Of a DNA stretch of 64,000 nucleotides, positions 36,573 through 46,899 are shown piece after piece. The notes under the pieces were generated by a model. The model saw nothing but the letters and a program-made list of their open reading frames with translations, was not told where the DNA came from and ran no database searches. Location: the IMG/VR virus record IMGVR_UViG_2643221936_000002, positions 1,699 through 65,698 of that record. One strand, given 5' to 3'. Every line of letters starts with the position of its first letter. Position 1 is the first letter of the stretch. Both the position numbers and the translations under genes were made by a program. The DNA comes from a virus (taxonomy: Duplodnaviria > Caudoviricetes).

Positions 36573-38367
36573 CCCGACTAGTCAATATGCGGCCGACGTC
36601 TTGGCCGGAAAAATTGTTGCGGGCGAGCATCACGCTGCAGCGGCCGAAAGGCACCTGAAAGACATCAAGGACGGCGGCAAGCGCGATCTGCACTGGCGAC
36701 CGGAGATTGCCGGGCGCGCTATCGGCTTCTCGCCGGCGGTGCTTTCCATCACGGCGGGGTCGCATGAAGGCCGTCCGTTCAATCTTTTGCCCTGGCATAT
36801 GTTCTGCACGGGCAATCTGTTCGGCTGGCGAAAAGATAGTGGCCGGATGCGTTTCCGGTCCGGCTGGGTCGAGACAGGGAAGGGGCAGGCAAAGAGCCCG
36901 TGGATGGCCGCGATGGGCCTGTACATGGGCGGCTTCTACGGCGTGAAGCGCGCCGAGGTCTATTCGATCGGCCAGGACAAGAACACGGCCAACGTGCTGT
37001 TTCGGGATGCCGTCGCAATGTGCCAGGCCAATATTCCCGGCGCCGACGAGTTCGAGACCGATACGTTGGAATCGCGGGGTGAGGTCATCATCCGCGGCAC
37101 CGGTGACAACGCTTGGAAGATCGAGTTTCCGGAGACGGGCAGTAAATTTCAGGCGCTGGCGAACGGTGAGGCGATCAACGGACCGCGCCCGATCATGGTG
37201 GCGGCCGACGAGATCCACGAGTTTAAGACGAACACCTCGATCGAGACATGGAAGCGAGCTTTGGCGAAAATGCCGGGTGACGCGCTGATGCTTCTCGGGA
37301 CCAACACGCCGGCGTCAGCGCAGATTGTCGGCACGGAATATTCAGAGTTTTACCAGAAGGTCGCCAAAGGCGAGATTATCGACGACGAGGCGTTCGCTTT
37401 CATCGCCCGCGTCGATAAGGCCGACCGCGCCAACGTATTCGACAACGAGAGCTGCTGGCCAAAGGCGATGCCAGCGCTTGGTGTGACTTTCCCCGTCGAG
37501 AATATTCGCGGCGAGGTGGCGACCGCCAAGGTGCTGCTCTCGACGTCGTTCTCGGTCAAGCGCCTGTATATGGGCATCCCGATCGGCTCCACCGAGTTCT
37601 GGATCGCGGAAGAGGCATGGTCCGACGTCCAGGGGAAGGTCGATGCGGAAGATTGGAAGGGCTGCAAATGCTGGCTCTCTCTCGACCTCTCGCAGAAAAA
37701 TGACCTGACCGCTCTTACGGCGACGTGGGAGGCGGCCACTGGCCATCTCTACTGCAAGACCTGGTATTGGACGACGCAGGACCGCATCAAGGAACGCGGG
37801 CTCGCCGACAACGCGCCATATGAGCAATGGGCGGCCGATCCGAATGTAACCCTGACGGCAATGCCCGGCGCAGTTATCGACAAAACGTTCGTCGCGGCTG
37901 AAGTGCAGCGCATCTGTGCCGAGCACGAGGTCGAGTTCATGGCCTTTGACGTGGCCGGCATGGCCGATTTCATCGCAGCTTGCGAGCAGATTGGATTCCC
38001 GGTGTGGAAATATGCCGGGCCGGACAAGCCAACGGGCGTTGGATTGAAGCTCGTCAGCCATGCGCAGGGCACCCGTGTGGTGTTCGAAGACAAGCAATTG
38101 ACGATGCCGCGATCGATCGAGCGGCTTGAAGATCGCATACTGGCAAAGACGATCACCATCGACGCATCGCCCGTCACCTATTCGTGCGCGGCGAATGCAG
38201 CAATCGACACGGACGGACAAAAAAACCGAGCGTTCGACAAAAAGCGATCACGAGGAAGGATTGACGGCATGGTGACGATTGCGATGGGCGTCGGTGCCGC
38301 GACGAACGAATTTGGGGATAAGCCCGTCGATTTCGACGCACTCATCAAGAATGCTGCGGTGTTCTGA
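36517..38367 (+). CDS. terL: Terminase large subunit
   Basis: LLPWH, GKGQAKS Walker A, AADEIHE, LDLSQKNDLTA, RIDGMVT. Confidence 0.95.
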   Translation: MARKPLARRTATSSQYPGDPTSQYAADVLAGKIVAGEHHAAAAERHLKDIKDGGKRDLHWRPEIAGRAIGFSPAVLSITAGSHEGRPFNLLPWHMFCTGNLFGWRKDSGRMRFRSGWVETGKGQAKSPWMAAMGLYMGGFYGVKRAEVYSIGQDKNTANVLFRDAVAMCQANIPGADEFETDTLESRGEVIIRGTGDNAWKIEFPETGSKFQALANGEAINGPRPIMVAADEIHEFKTNTSIETWKRALAKMPGDALMLLGTNTPASAQIVGTEYSEFYQKVAKGEIIDDEAFAFIARVDKADRANVFDNESCWPKAMPALGVTFPVENIRGEVATAKVLLSTSFSVKRLYMGIPIGSTEFWIAEEAWSDVQGKVDAEDWKGCKCWLSLDLSQKNDLTALTATWEAATGHLYCKTWYWTTQDRIKERGLADNAPYEQWAADPNVTLTAMPGAVIDKTFVAAEVQRICAEHEVEFMAFDVAGMADFIAACEQIGFPVWKYAGPDKPTGVGLKLVSHAQGTRVVFEDKQLTMPRSIERLEDRILAKTITIDASPVTYSCAANAAIDTDGQKNRAFDKKRSRGRIDGMVTIAMGVGAATNEFGDKPVDFDALIKNAAVF

Positions 38368-39698
38368 TGGCGGTATTTGGTTTGAATGGCTGGTTCGGGA
38401 GTCTGTTTTTCAGGTCAACCGGCTACAAGGCAAAGCTATCGACTGTCGAACCGGAGCGGGTCGGCCCGAACATGACGGCTGACACGGCGATGCAGCTCGA
38501 CACTGTATGGTCGTGCGTGCGCCTACTGTCGGAAACTATCGGCACTTTGCCGCTCGGGCTCTACCGGAAAGACGAAAACGGCGGCCGTGTCTCCGACACA
38601 AGACATTCGCTTTACGCTTTGTTGCACGACAGCCCGAATGCTGACCAGACGGCTGCAGAATTCTGGGAAGCGGCGGTCGCGTGCCTGTGCCTGTGGGGCA
38701 ATTTCTATTCTGAAAAGGTAACGAACAGCAGCAAGGAACTGATCGCGCTGAATTTTCTGCGCCCAGACCTGATGACGGTATCCAGAGACAGGAATGGTGC
38801 TCGCGTTTATCGGTACGAGGACAAGGATGGGCGCAAAACCTATTCCGAGAACAAGATATTCCACATTCGCGGCTTCGGCGTTGGTGGTGACACGGGTCTT
38901 TCGCCGATCGCGTATGCTCGCCGGACGCTCAGCCTGTCATCTGACACCGACCTGGCAGCGTCCAGCGCCATGCGCAATGGTACGCGCCCGGGCGGTTTCC
39001 TCGTCGTTCCCAAAGGTGCCACTCCCGAGCAGAAAAAGGAACTTCGGGAGACGTTTATCGACCCCATAACGGGGCCGGGCGCGACAGCCCGAGCGGGTAT
39101 TCTGGAACACGGCCTCGATTGGAAAGAAATCAAGGGTATGCCGCCCGAAGACCTCCAGCTTTTGCAGGCTCGTGGCTTCAATGTCGAGGTTATCTGCCGT
39201 TGGTTCCGCGTACCGCCATTCATGGTGGGCCATACGGAGAAGACAACAAGCTGGGGCACCGGACTTGAGCAGCAGATGATCGGATTTCTGACGTTTTCGC
39301 TCCGCCCATACCTCACTCGCATCGAGCAGGCGGTGAAAAAGCAACTGATCGCGCCGGCCGAGCGCGGAACGATATATGCCGAGTTCGTTCTCGAGGGGCT
39401 CCTGCGCGCGGACAGCGCCGGCCGCGCCGCAATCCAGAATTCGCAGTCGCAAAACGGCATTCTGACGCGCAATGAAATCCGCGCCATGGAAAACCGGCCG
39501 CCGATGGAAGGCGGAAACGTCCTCACGGTTCAATCAAACCTCGTTCCGCTTGATCAGCTGGGGGCGATTGCCGCCGGCAATGAGGCTGGAGCGCGAAATT
39601 CACTGATGGCCTGGCTCGGCATCGATCAATTGGTTGATCAGGCAGTCAAAGCCCGCATCGGTCACAACGGTGGCCCGCCACTGGAGACAGAGCAATGA
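38367..39698 (+). CDS. Portal protein, HK97 family
   Basis: VWSCVRLLSETIGTLPL, GLSPI, ICRWFRVPPFMVG, TRNEIRAMENRPP. Confidence 0.95.
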   Translation: MAVFGLNGWFGSLFFRSTGYKAKLSTVEPERVGPNMTADTAMQLDTVWSCVRLLSETIGTLPLGLYRKDENGGRVSDTRHSLYALLHDSPNADQTAAEFWEAAVACLCLWGNFYSEKVTNSSKELIALNFLRPDLMTVSRDRNGARVYRYEDKDGRKTYSENKIFHIRGFGVGGDTGLSPIAYARRTLSLSSDTDLAASSAMRNGTRPGGFLVVPKGATPEQKKELRETFIDPITGPGATARAGILEHGLDWKEIKGMPPEDLQLLQARGFNVEVICRWFRVPPFMVGHTEKTTSWGTGLEQQMIGFLTFSLRPYLTRIEQAVKKQLIAPAERGTIYAEFVLEGLLRADSAGRAAIQNSQSQNGILTRNEIRAMENRPPMEGGNVLTVQSNLVPLDQLGAIAAGNEAGARNSLMAWLGIDQLVDQAVKARIGHNGGPPLETEQ

Positions 39699-40387
39699 AA
39701 CACAAGCACGGTTCCATGAAGGTCCGCGATTTCCACCTGAAGGTGAAGGCCGTCGAGGAAGACGGCAAGTTTTCCGGTTACGGCTCGGTCTTCGGCGTCG
39801 TGGACAGTTACAAGGAAGTCGTCGCGCCTAGCGCCTTCGCCGAAAGCCTTGCTGAATTGAAGGAAAAGGGCCGTCCGGTGCCTGTTCTTTGGCAGCACAG
39901 GTCAGGATCGCCGATCGGGATCTGGGAAAGCCTGATCGAGGACGACCGGGGCCTTTTCGGTGAAGGAAAACTGTTGATCGGCGACGTCTCCCAGGCCAAG
40001 GAAGCGCACGCACTCATGAAGGCAGGCGCTGTTTCTGGCCTTTCCATCGGATATTGGGTCCGTGAATCGTCTTACGACGAGAAAACCGGCATCCGTACGC
40101 TGAGCCGGCTCGACCTCGTGGAAATCAGCCTCGTGACATTCCCCGCGAACGAAGACGCGCGGGTCGATGCGGTCAAGATGAAGCTCGCCCACGGCGGACT
40201 TCCCACCCTTTCTGAATTTGAGGACGTCCTGCGTGAGGCAGGGTTCTCGAAGACCCAAGCTGCGGTGATCGCCAATCGCGGCTTGAAGCACCTGCTCGAT
40301 CGGAGTGAGTCCGAGGGCAAAGGCGACATCGAAGCTGCCAAAGGTCTCATGGAGCACCTTGGCAAGTTCAAACTCCCTTCGTTCTAA
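39695..40387 (+). CDS. Prohead protease, HK97 family
   Basis: FSGYGSVFGVVDSY, LWQH, GLSIGY, LVEISLVTFPAN. Confidence 0.95.
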   Translation: MKHKHGSMKVRDFHLKVKAVEEDGKFSGYGSVFGVVDSYKEVVAPSAFAESLAELKEKGRPVPVLWQHRSGSPIGIWESLIEDDRGLFGEGKLLIGDVSQAKEAHALMKAGAVSGLSIGYWVRESSYDEKTGIRTLSRLDLVEISLVTFPANEDARVDAVKMKLAHGGLPTLSEFEDVLREAGFSKTQAAVIANRGLKHLLDRSESEGKGDIEAAKGLMEHLGKFKLPSF

Positions 40388-40400
40388 AGGAACAACTCCA

Positions 40401-41681
40401 ATGAAAACCCTCATTTCAAGCTGCGCTCTCGCGGCGATGTTGACGCATGACAATTCGTTCGAGCGCGGCCGTAAGGATGCCGGCGGCAGCGAGGAAGTCG
40501 ATATCAAGGCACTGGCGGCGGGCCTCAAGCTGGCGACCGACGAGGTCAAGCGCTTCGCCGAAGAGGCCGACAAGAAGGTCAAGGCCGGCGAACAGCTTTC
40601 GCAGGAATCGAAGCAAAAGGCCGACGAAGCGCTTGTAAAGCTCAACGAGATCGGCGCCCGCATGACAGAAGCCGAGCAGAAGCTGGCCCGTCGTGGCGGC
40701 GACGATGACGGCGGCAACCGTCGCAAGTCGATCGGCGAGCAGGTCACCGACAACGAAGAGGTGAAGGCACTCCTGGCGTCCAAGCGCGGCCGTGCCCGTG
40801 TCTCCGTCAAGGCGATCATCTCGTCGCTCACCACGGATGCCAACGGCTCTGCCGGCGACCTCATCGTGCCGCAGCGCCAGCCGGGTATCGTCGCGTCGCC
40901 TAACCGTCGCATGACCATCCGCGATCTGCTGATGCCCGGCCGCACGTCGTCCAACGCGATCCAGTACGTCAAGGAAACCGGCTTCACCAACAACGCCGAA
41001 ACGGTTTCCGAGACCTCTGGTGCTTCCAAGCCTCAGTCCGAAATCAAGTTCGATCTCGTGACCGCACCGGTGACCACGATCGCTCACTTCGTCAAGGCAA
41101 CCGTACAGATTCTCGACGACGTCCCGCAGCTCCAGAGCTACGTTGATGGACGCCTGCGCTACGGTCTCGACTTCGTCGAAGAAGCTCAGCTTCTGATGGG
41201 CGGCGGCACCGGTACCGACTTGAACGGCATCTATACCCAGGCCACGGCCTTCTCGGCGCCGTTCACCCCGGCCGACCAGACCATGATCGACACAATCCGT
41301 CTGGCTCTCTTGCAGGCGGCGCTCGCTGAATACCCGGCGTCTGGCATCGTGCTCAGCATGCATGATTGGGCTCGTATCGAAATGACCAAGGACGGCGAAG
41401 GTCGCTATATCCTTGGTGGCCCCGGCAGCGGTGCGCAGCCGCTTCTCTGGCGTCTGCCGGTCGTCGAAACGCAGGCAATGACCGTGGACAAGTTCCTCGT
41501 CGGCGCCTTCAACATGGCGGCTCAGATCTTCGACCGCGAAGATGCCCACGTCGATATCTCGACCGAGGATGCTGACAACTTCACCAAGAACCTCGTGACC
41601 ATCCGTGCAGAAGAGCGCCTGGCGCTCGCTGTCTATCGCCCCGAGGCCTTCATCAAGGGCGATCTCGGCAACGTTCCGTGA
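40401..41681 (+). CDS. Major capsid protein, HK97 family
   Basis: N-terminal coiled-coil delta domain; VSETSGASKPQS; FTKNLVTIRAEERLALAVYRPEAF. Confidence 0.95.
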   Translation: MKTLISSCALAAMLTHDNSFERGRKDAGGSEEVDIKALAAGLKLATDEVKRFAEEADKKVKAGEQLSQESKQKADEALVKLNEIGARMTEAEQKLARRGGDDDGGNRRKSIGEQVTDNEEVKALLASKRGRARVSVKAIISSLTTDANGSAGDLIVPQRQPGIVASPNRRMTIRDLLMPGRTSSNAIQYVKETGFTNNAETVSETSGASKPQSEIKFDLVTAPVTTIAHFVKATVQILDDVPQLQSYVDGRLRYGLDFVEEAQLLMGGGTGTDLNGIYTQATAFSAPFTPADQTMIDTIRLALLQAALAEYPASGIVLSMHDWARIEMTKDGEGRYILGGPGSGAQPLLWRLPVVETQAMTVDKFLVGAFNMAAQIFDREDAHVDISTEDADNFTKNLVTIRAEERLALAVYRPEAFIKGDLGNVP

Positions 41682-41698
41682 TCGTTCGGTTGATCACA

Positions 41699-41726
41699 AG
41701 CGGCGGCCTCACTCGCCGCCGCTTTC
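41699..41726 (+). terminator. Hairpin after the capsid gene
   Basis: AGCGGCGGC-N7-GCCGCCGCT then TTC. Confidence 0.6.
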
Positions 41727-41747
41727 ATGAGCCGAAGGAGAAACATC

Positions 41748-41981
41748 ATGAAACTGAAAGCACTCGATAGCTTCTATTCGTCCGAGACCAAGCAGGTTCA
41801 TGCCGGCCAGGTCTTTGAAGTAGAGAGCGAGGAACGCGGCAAGGAGTTCGTCAAGCGCGGGCTCGCGGCCGTGGAAGGCGAGCCGAAAGCCGTCAAGAAG
41901 GCCGCCGCCGAGCCAGAGAACAAAGCCGCCGCCGAGCCTGACAACAAAGCTGCTTCCAAGCCGACCAAAGGAGAGAAGTGA
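41748..41981 (+). CDS. Small virion-associated protein
   Basis: AAGGAG RBS; internal repeat AAAEP(E/D)NK twice. Confidence 0.75.
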   Translation: MKLKALDSFYSSETKQVHAGQVFEVESEERGKEFVKRGLAAVEGEPKAVKKAAAEPENKAAAEPDNKAASKPTKGEK

Positions 41982-42406
41982 TGAGCATTCGTCGTCCCAA
42001 CCCCAACACGCTCATCACAGGGCCGAATGACATCGTCGATCTCGGCGGTGGCGTGGCCGGCGCATCAATCACAGTCGGCGCCGAAAACACCAATGTCCGC
42101 GCCATCGCGATCCAGCTCAAGGACGGGCAGGGGAATGACCTTGCTGTTCGCGCCTCGGTCGAGATCGCCGTCTTCGCTGATGCAAACGGTGATGCTTTCG
42201 TTGCAACCGGCGGCTCCACTGGCATCGCTGTCGGCACGGATGGCGCTCTGCTGACGATCGTCGCCAAGAAGCTTTTCCGCGCTGTTTCCGAAGCGGACGG
42301 TGACATCGACCTGACATGGACCGACACCGGCACGGAAGCCGCCTATCTCGGTGTGATCCTGCCCAGCGGCAAGGTCATCATCAGCGCAGCGCTGACGAAC
42401 ACGTAA
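41981..42406 (+). CDS. Beta-rich structural protein (possible head decoration)
   Basis: Gly/Ala/Thr-rich; lies in the head operon. Confidence 0.6.
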   Translation: MSIRRPNPNTLITGPNDIVDLGGGVAGASITVGAENTNVRAIAIQLKDGQGNDLAVRASVEIAVFADANGDAFVATGGSTGIAVGTDGALLTIVAKKLFRAVSEADGDIDLTWTDTGTEAAYLGVILPSGKVIISAALTNT

Positions 42407-42416
42407 GGAGGCCGGC

Positions 42417-42692
42417 ATGGCGCTCAAGGAACGTTCGTCGGTCAAAAGCCGATCGTCATTTGGCACTCTCGGCCGCGTCATCACGCCGAACAATTCGACT
42501 GATGTTGCTGACGCGCCCGTGAAGTGTGTTGTCTGTCTGACCTCAGGCAACATCGCCGTGATCCCGACCAACAACGCAGACGGATCACCGATCGCTTTCG
42601 TCGGCGTCAGCGCGGGGTTTATCCCACCATTCGAAGTTCGGCGCGTCATGGCGACTGGTACGACCGCGACGGTCGCAACGGTCGAAGACTGA
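42417..42692 (+). CDS. Head-spike base protein (RcGTA rcc01079-like)
   Basis: ITPNNSTDV...SGNIAV...F..V.AG..PF.VRRVMATGTTAT pattern, 91 aa. Confidence 0.75.
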   Translation: MALKERSSVKSRSSFGTLGRVITPNNSTDVADAPVKCVVCLTSGNIAVIPTNNADGSPIAFVGVSAGFIPPFEVRRVMATGTTATVATVED

Positions 42693-42695
42693 TCG

Positions 42696-43301
42696 ATGGC
42701 AGTCCGCCGCATCTCAGGCCCGGCGCCTATCGTAGCCCCGGACAAAATTGCCGGTAGCCCTGGACCCACCGATCCTGTCGTTGCTGCACAAATTCTTGCG
42801 GTCCAGCGCAGCATCGATGGACCCACGGGATGGCTCGGGCGCGCGCTGGGCAAGCAGACGCTGGAACTGTCTCTTGAGACCTGGGAGCGGTGCGGGGATT
42901 ACATCCGGCTGCCATATCCGCCTCTGATTTCTATCACCAGCGTAAAGTACATCGACAGCTCCGACGTAGAGCAGACTGTGCCGGACACGGATTATCTGAA
43001 GACGGACTTCGGCATCTGGTTTCGGCCATCGTTCTCCGCGCCATATCTCTCCGGTCAGCCGGAGCCGATCAGGATCCGATATGAGGCGGGATACGAAGCC
43101 GATGACGTGCCGGAGGAGGCAAAACAGGCTGTAATCCTTATGGTTCAGCAGCTGCGGGCAGTCGGGTCCGAAAATCTGTTTCTCCGTTCGGAAGAAGTCG
43201 AGGGCGTTGGCACCACTCAATATACCGTCAGTGACCAAGCGGAGAATGTTATACGCCGGGCCTGTGAAAGCCTACTTCAAGGTCTGAGGGTCTACGCATG
43301 A
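42696..43301 (+). CDS. Head-tail connector (gp6-like)
   Basis: IDGPTGWLGRAL..QT, IRLPYPP, IRIRYEAGY, VPEEAKQAV. Confidence 0.85.
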   Translation: MAVRRISGPAPIVAPDKIAGSPGPTDPVVAAQILAVQRSIDGPTGWLGRALGKQTLELSLETWERCGDYIRLPYPPLISITSVKYIDSSDVEQTVPDTDYLKTDFGIWFRPSFSAPYLSGQPEPIRIRYEAGYEADDVPEEAKQAVILMVQQLRAVGSENLFLRSEEVEGVGTTQYTVSDQAENVIRRACESLLQGLRVYA

Positions 43302-43624
43302 CCCCAGCACAGGCAATCGGAGCGCTCGACCGGCAGCTCGCAAAACACGGGCAGGCGGTCACACTCCGCAAGGGCAACACGACAACGGGGCAGGCGACGG
43401 TCAAGGCCTTTGTGCGGGGCGTGAAGGCTGAGGATATCGTCGGCACCATCACGCAGACCGCCAAGAAAGTGACGCTGTCTCCGACTGGTCTGGACGCATT
43501 CGGCCTTCCCGGTGCCAACACGATCGTTAAGCATGCGGACGGGCAAGGCGGTATAATCGGCATGCCGGAAATCATTCGTCTCAACGACATCGTCGTGCGC
43601 ATCAACATGGTGATCAAAGGCTGA
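43298..43624 (+). CDS. Head closure / head-tail adaptor
   Basis: LDRQLAKHGQAVTLR; position. Confidence 0.7.
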   Translation: MTPAQAIGALDRQLAKHGQAVTLRKGNTTTGQATVKAFVRGVKAEDIVGTITQTAKKVTLSPTGLDAFGLPGANTIVKHADGQGGIIGMPEIIRLNDIVVRINMVIKG

Positions 43625-44331
43625 TGGCGCGCTACGGCTCGATGTCGGAACTGGTCCGCGTCCTGAAGCAGGAAACTGTGGAAGAGACGCAAAAGTTCAT
43701 CGTGCGGATTGCGAAGCGGGCGCACAGCGAGGTCATGAGCGACCCGCCGCCGCCATCGTCTTTCGTCCGGATCGTCGATGGCCAAATCGGGGCGCCGGAA
43801 GAGGCGGTCAAGCACGATGGGCGGATTGTCTATCAGTACAGCCGCATTCAGGAGGTCGTGGATTTCGCTATCGCCACGCTGATCGACAAGTCGCCGGAAC
43901 TTTCTGGAGCGTACAAGAACGCGCACCGGCTTTACCTGAACGGGCATCCCGTGGCGGATCTTTCGGGCTATCAGTCAGGCGATGACGTGATGATCACCAA
44001 CACGCTCCCCTATGCGCGGAAGATCGAAGTTGGCGCAATGAAGATGCGGGTCTCTGGCACGTCCAAGGTCTATCAGCAGGCGCGCCGGATCGTCATGGGC
44101 CGGTTCGGCAACATGGTCAAGGTCGAGTTCACATTCCGGGCTGTCATCGGCGGACAGGCAGTGAACCAGGCAGAGGCGGCGTCGACCGGGAAATCATGGT
44201 GGCTCGGCCACGACGGCGTTGCACGTGCCGCCTCCGGTGTTATCGAAAGCGCGATCGGAAAGCGCCATGGCAAGACGGCACATAATCGATCGGATGTCCG
44301 GTATCCGTGCCTGGTTATCAGGGAACTGTGA
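43624..44331 (+). CDS. Tail completion protein (HK97 gp10-like)
   Basis: SPELSGAYKNAH, ITNTLPYARKIE. Confidence 0.75.
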   Translation: MARYGSMSELVRVLKQETVEETQKFIVRIAKRAHSEVMSDPPPPSSFVRIVDGQIGAPEEAVKHDGRIVYQYSRIQEVVDFAIATLIDKSPELSGAYKNAHRLYLNGHPVADLSGYQSGDDVMITNTLPYARKIEVGAMKMRVSGTSKVYQQARRIVMGRFGNMVKVEFTFRAVIGGQAVNQAEAASTGKSWWLGHDGVARAASGVIESAIGKRHGKTAHNRSDVRYPCLVIREL

Positions 44332-44783
44332 TGGCTGATTATGCGGGTGCCGAACTGGCAATCAAGGCACGGCTCGTAGCCAACTGGACGGCACACCGGA
44401 TCACCTATCAGAACGAGACGCCGGCCGATCCGTGGCCGCCGGCGGATGGAGACGGCATCCTGTTGCCGTGGGTCAACCTTGAGATCGAATGCTTCAACAG
44501 CGAGATCGTCGGGCAAGGCCGGCCGGGCAATCATGTCTATCGGTATGACGGGCTCATCCAGGTGCATGTCTTTACCCCGATCGGAACCGGTCCCGAAGTC
44601 GGAAAGCAGATCGCCGTGGATATCGGCGAAATCTTCCGGCGCAAGAAATTCTATGACGACACGCCCGGCTGCTGTGTCCGCACCGAAGATCCGTACCCGG
44701 AAGGCGGCAACAGCGGGTCTGACGATGGGGCTTGGTTCGGCACGACCATGACCTGCGCTTTCGTCTACTGGCACCGCGGCTAA
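44331..44783 (+). CDS. Tail terminator-like protein
   Basis: GLIQVHVFTPIGTG; immediately before the tube gene. Confidence 0.75.
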   Translation: MADYAGAELAIKARLVANWTAHRITYQNETPADPWPPADGDGILLPWVNLEIECFNSEIVGQGRPGNHVYRYDGLIQVHVFTPIGTGPEVGKQIAVDIGEIFRRKKFYDDTPGCCVRTEDPYPEGGNSGSDDGAWFGTTMTCAFVYWHRG

Positions 44784-44834
44784 TCACCACCATCATCAAC
44801 CCGCCTTGATGCGGACATCCTGAAGGAGCGACGC

Positions 44835-46064
44835 ATGGCGTACGCAGAAAATTGGAATGGCTACGTCGCCTTCAAGGCGCAATCGGCCAAGGGTTCACAG
44901 GCCAGCGGCTCGGGCGCCCAGATCCTGCCGACCTCGGGCGGCGCTGGTGGCCAGCTATCGAAGGCAGCGGTGCAGTCTGCGCTGGTTCGCGGCGATGGGC
45001 AGCAGCTTCGCGGCCGTCACGGTTCGCGCCGGACGAGCGGCACATATTCGAGCGAAATCGGCATGGGCCGCGCGGATGCCGTCTGGGAAGCTCTGATGCG
45101 CGGCACCTGGTCGGCGGCAAACCTGACCATCACGCAATCGGCGATGACCAGCGTCACCACGGGCGCGAACACGATCGTTGCCGCCGCCGGCAGCTGGATC
45201 ACCGAAGGCCTGCGCGTCGGCCAAGTCATTCGTGCCACAGGTCTTCCGGATGCGGCCAACAACGGCAAGAATCTGCGAATTACCGGCCTGACGGCGACCA
45301 CCATCACTGTCTCCGAAACGCTGGTGGTGAACGCATCGGCGGATACCGCCTTCAGCATCGTGCGCGTCGGCCGGGTGCTGACCAACGGCAACGTTGGGTC
45401 GATGTCGAAGACCTATTTCACGATCGAGGAGCATCTCTACGATCTCGACGCTTCCGAGGTCTACCCGGACTGCCGTTGGGGCCGGGGCATGATCCGGCTG
45501 AATGCCGATGGCATGCTCGATGCGGAATACAGTTGGACCGGAACGGGCGAAATGGATGTGGTCAACGGCGTTTCCGCACCGCATTTCACCAGCCCGACCG
45601 ACCCGACCGAGCTTTCGCTTGCGGCATCCGAGGCTGTTATCCGGCTAGGATCGAGCGACGTGCTCGACCTGACGGCGTTCGACTTCACGCTGGACCTGCA
45701 GCCGACCGCACCGACAGTGGTCAACCCGACCGGCATTTCGCCGGATGTGTTCATGGGGACGCAGCAGGTCTCGATGAACCTGACGCTCCTGTTGAAGGAC
45801 TTGCAGGCGCTGGCTGATTTCGACGCAGAGACGCAGCTTTCCTTGCATCTTCTGGCGTCCGAGAACGAAACGTCGCCGACCGACTTCTTCTCGCTCGTAG
45901 TCCCGAACTTCACACTCGGCTCTGTCGCCAAATCTGCCCTGCAGAAGTCCGGCGGTGCCCGCACTGTGACGCTCGGCATTCCCGCTGATCTCGTCGGCAA
46001 GGATAACCGCGGCGGCGCCTTCGACCCGACGACTGTTACCATCCAGGTCAGCAACGCGGCCTAA
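44835..46064 (+). CDS. Major tail tube protein with inserted beta domain
   Basis: 409 aa; GSWITEGLRVGQVIRATG...NNG insert; YFTIEE. Confidence 0.85.
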   Translation: MAYAENWNGYVAFKAQSAKGSQASGSGAQILPTSGGAGGQLSKAAVQSALVRGDGQQLRGRHGSRRTSGTYSSEIGMGRADAVWEALMRGTWSAANLTITQSAMTSVTTGANTIVAAAGSWITEGLRVGQVIRATGLPDAANNGKNLRITGLTATTITVSETLVVNASADTAFSIVRVGRVLTNGNVGSMSKTYFTIEEHLYDLDASEVYPDCRWGRGMIRLNADGMLDAEYSWTGTGEMDVVNGVSAPHFTSPTDPTELSLAASEAVIRLGSSDVLDLTAFDFTLDLQPTAPTVVNPTGISPDVFMGTQQVSMNLTLLLKDLQALADFDAETQLSLHLLASENETSPTDFFSLVVPNFTLGSVAKSALQKSGGARTVTLGIPADLVGKDNRGGAFDPTTVTIQVSNAA

Positions 46065-46081
46065 CCCTGAAAGGAACTGGC

Positions 46082-46348
46082 ATGAGCAATCCCGAAAAGG
46101 CAGTGCGAGACGCTGCCCAGAATTTTCATGAGGCACTGGTCGAGGCCAAGACCGCCGGCCTGGCGGTGACGTGGCCGCTGACCATGGATGCGCTGCTTTC
46201 GCTCTCGGTCAGCGAGACCGGCAAAGTATCGACAACCGTACAGGTCAACGCCTCCGATGAGGTACCGGTCGAAGTCGCTGACAAGGCGGCACTGGCTGCC
46301 CAGAAGGCCGCAGACAAGGTTGTCGAAAAGGCAGCAGTCAAAAACTGA
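46082..46348 (+). CDS. Phage hypothetical protein
   Basis: AAGGA RBS. Confidence 0.65.
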   Translation: MSNPEKAVRDAAQNFHEALVEAKTAGLAVTWPLTMDALLSLSVSETGKVSTTVQVNASDEVPVEVADKAALAAQKAADKVVEKAAVKN

Positions 46349-46446
46349 CGAGATCGGCCCCGACAGCCGAAAGACGTTGCATGCAGCAAGGAGGCGGCGG
46401 GTAGTCGGACCTGTCGCCTCCGCCCCTTCCGACAAAGGATCAGAAC

Positions 46447-46899
46447 ATGACGACTGAAGCGAAATCCGCCGGCCCGATCGATATCACCGGCTTCTTGCCT
46501 ACACAGAACTATGTGCTCGAAATGGTTTCCGGCGACCGGAAGATCGGTTGGAGCCTCACCCTTTGCCCGTCGTCTCACCCCAAGGCAAAGGCGTATGCCG
46601 AGCAATCAGCCAACCGCAATCTTGAGCGGTCCCGCCTCATTGAAGCGGCGACGATCAATGGTCGCCCGTTTATCCCCGAAGAAAAGAGCGCTGACACTGC
46701 GCGCCGAGACAATGTTCAATGGGCGGTTGCACGCGTCCTGGAATGGACACCCATCTCCATCGACGGCAAGGTCTATGAATTCACCGACGAGAATGCCACC
46801 GAGCTTTTCATCAGGCCAGAAATGAGCGGCTATTACGCCCAGCTCACCACGGCGCTGAATGACGAGACCCGTTTTACGCAGCGCTTCGGAAAGACCTGA
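46447..46899 (+). CDS. Tail assembly chaperone (gpG-like)
   Basis: Lies between tube and tape measure genes; followed by an overlapping -1 frame ORF. Confidence 0.8.
   Translation: MTTEAKSAGPIDITGFLPTQNYVLEMVSGDRKIGWSLTLCPSSHPKAKAYAEQSANRNLERSRLIEAATINGRPFIPEEKSADTARRDNVQWAVARVLEWTPISIDGKVYEFTDENATELFIRPEMSGYYAQLTTALNDETRFTQRFGKT

Noticed and set aside
39902-41549. Long antisense ORFs (375 and 377 aa) over the protease and capsid genes
   Set aside because: Shadow frames expected from high-GC codon bias.
41885-41955. Tandem 21-bp repeat GCCGCCGCCGAGCC
   Set aside because: Coding low-complexity linker (AAAEPxNK), not an array.
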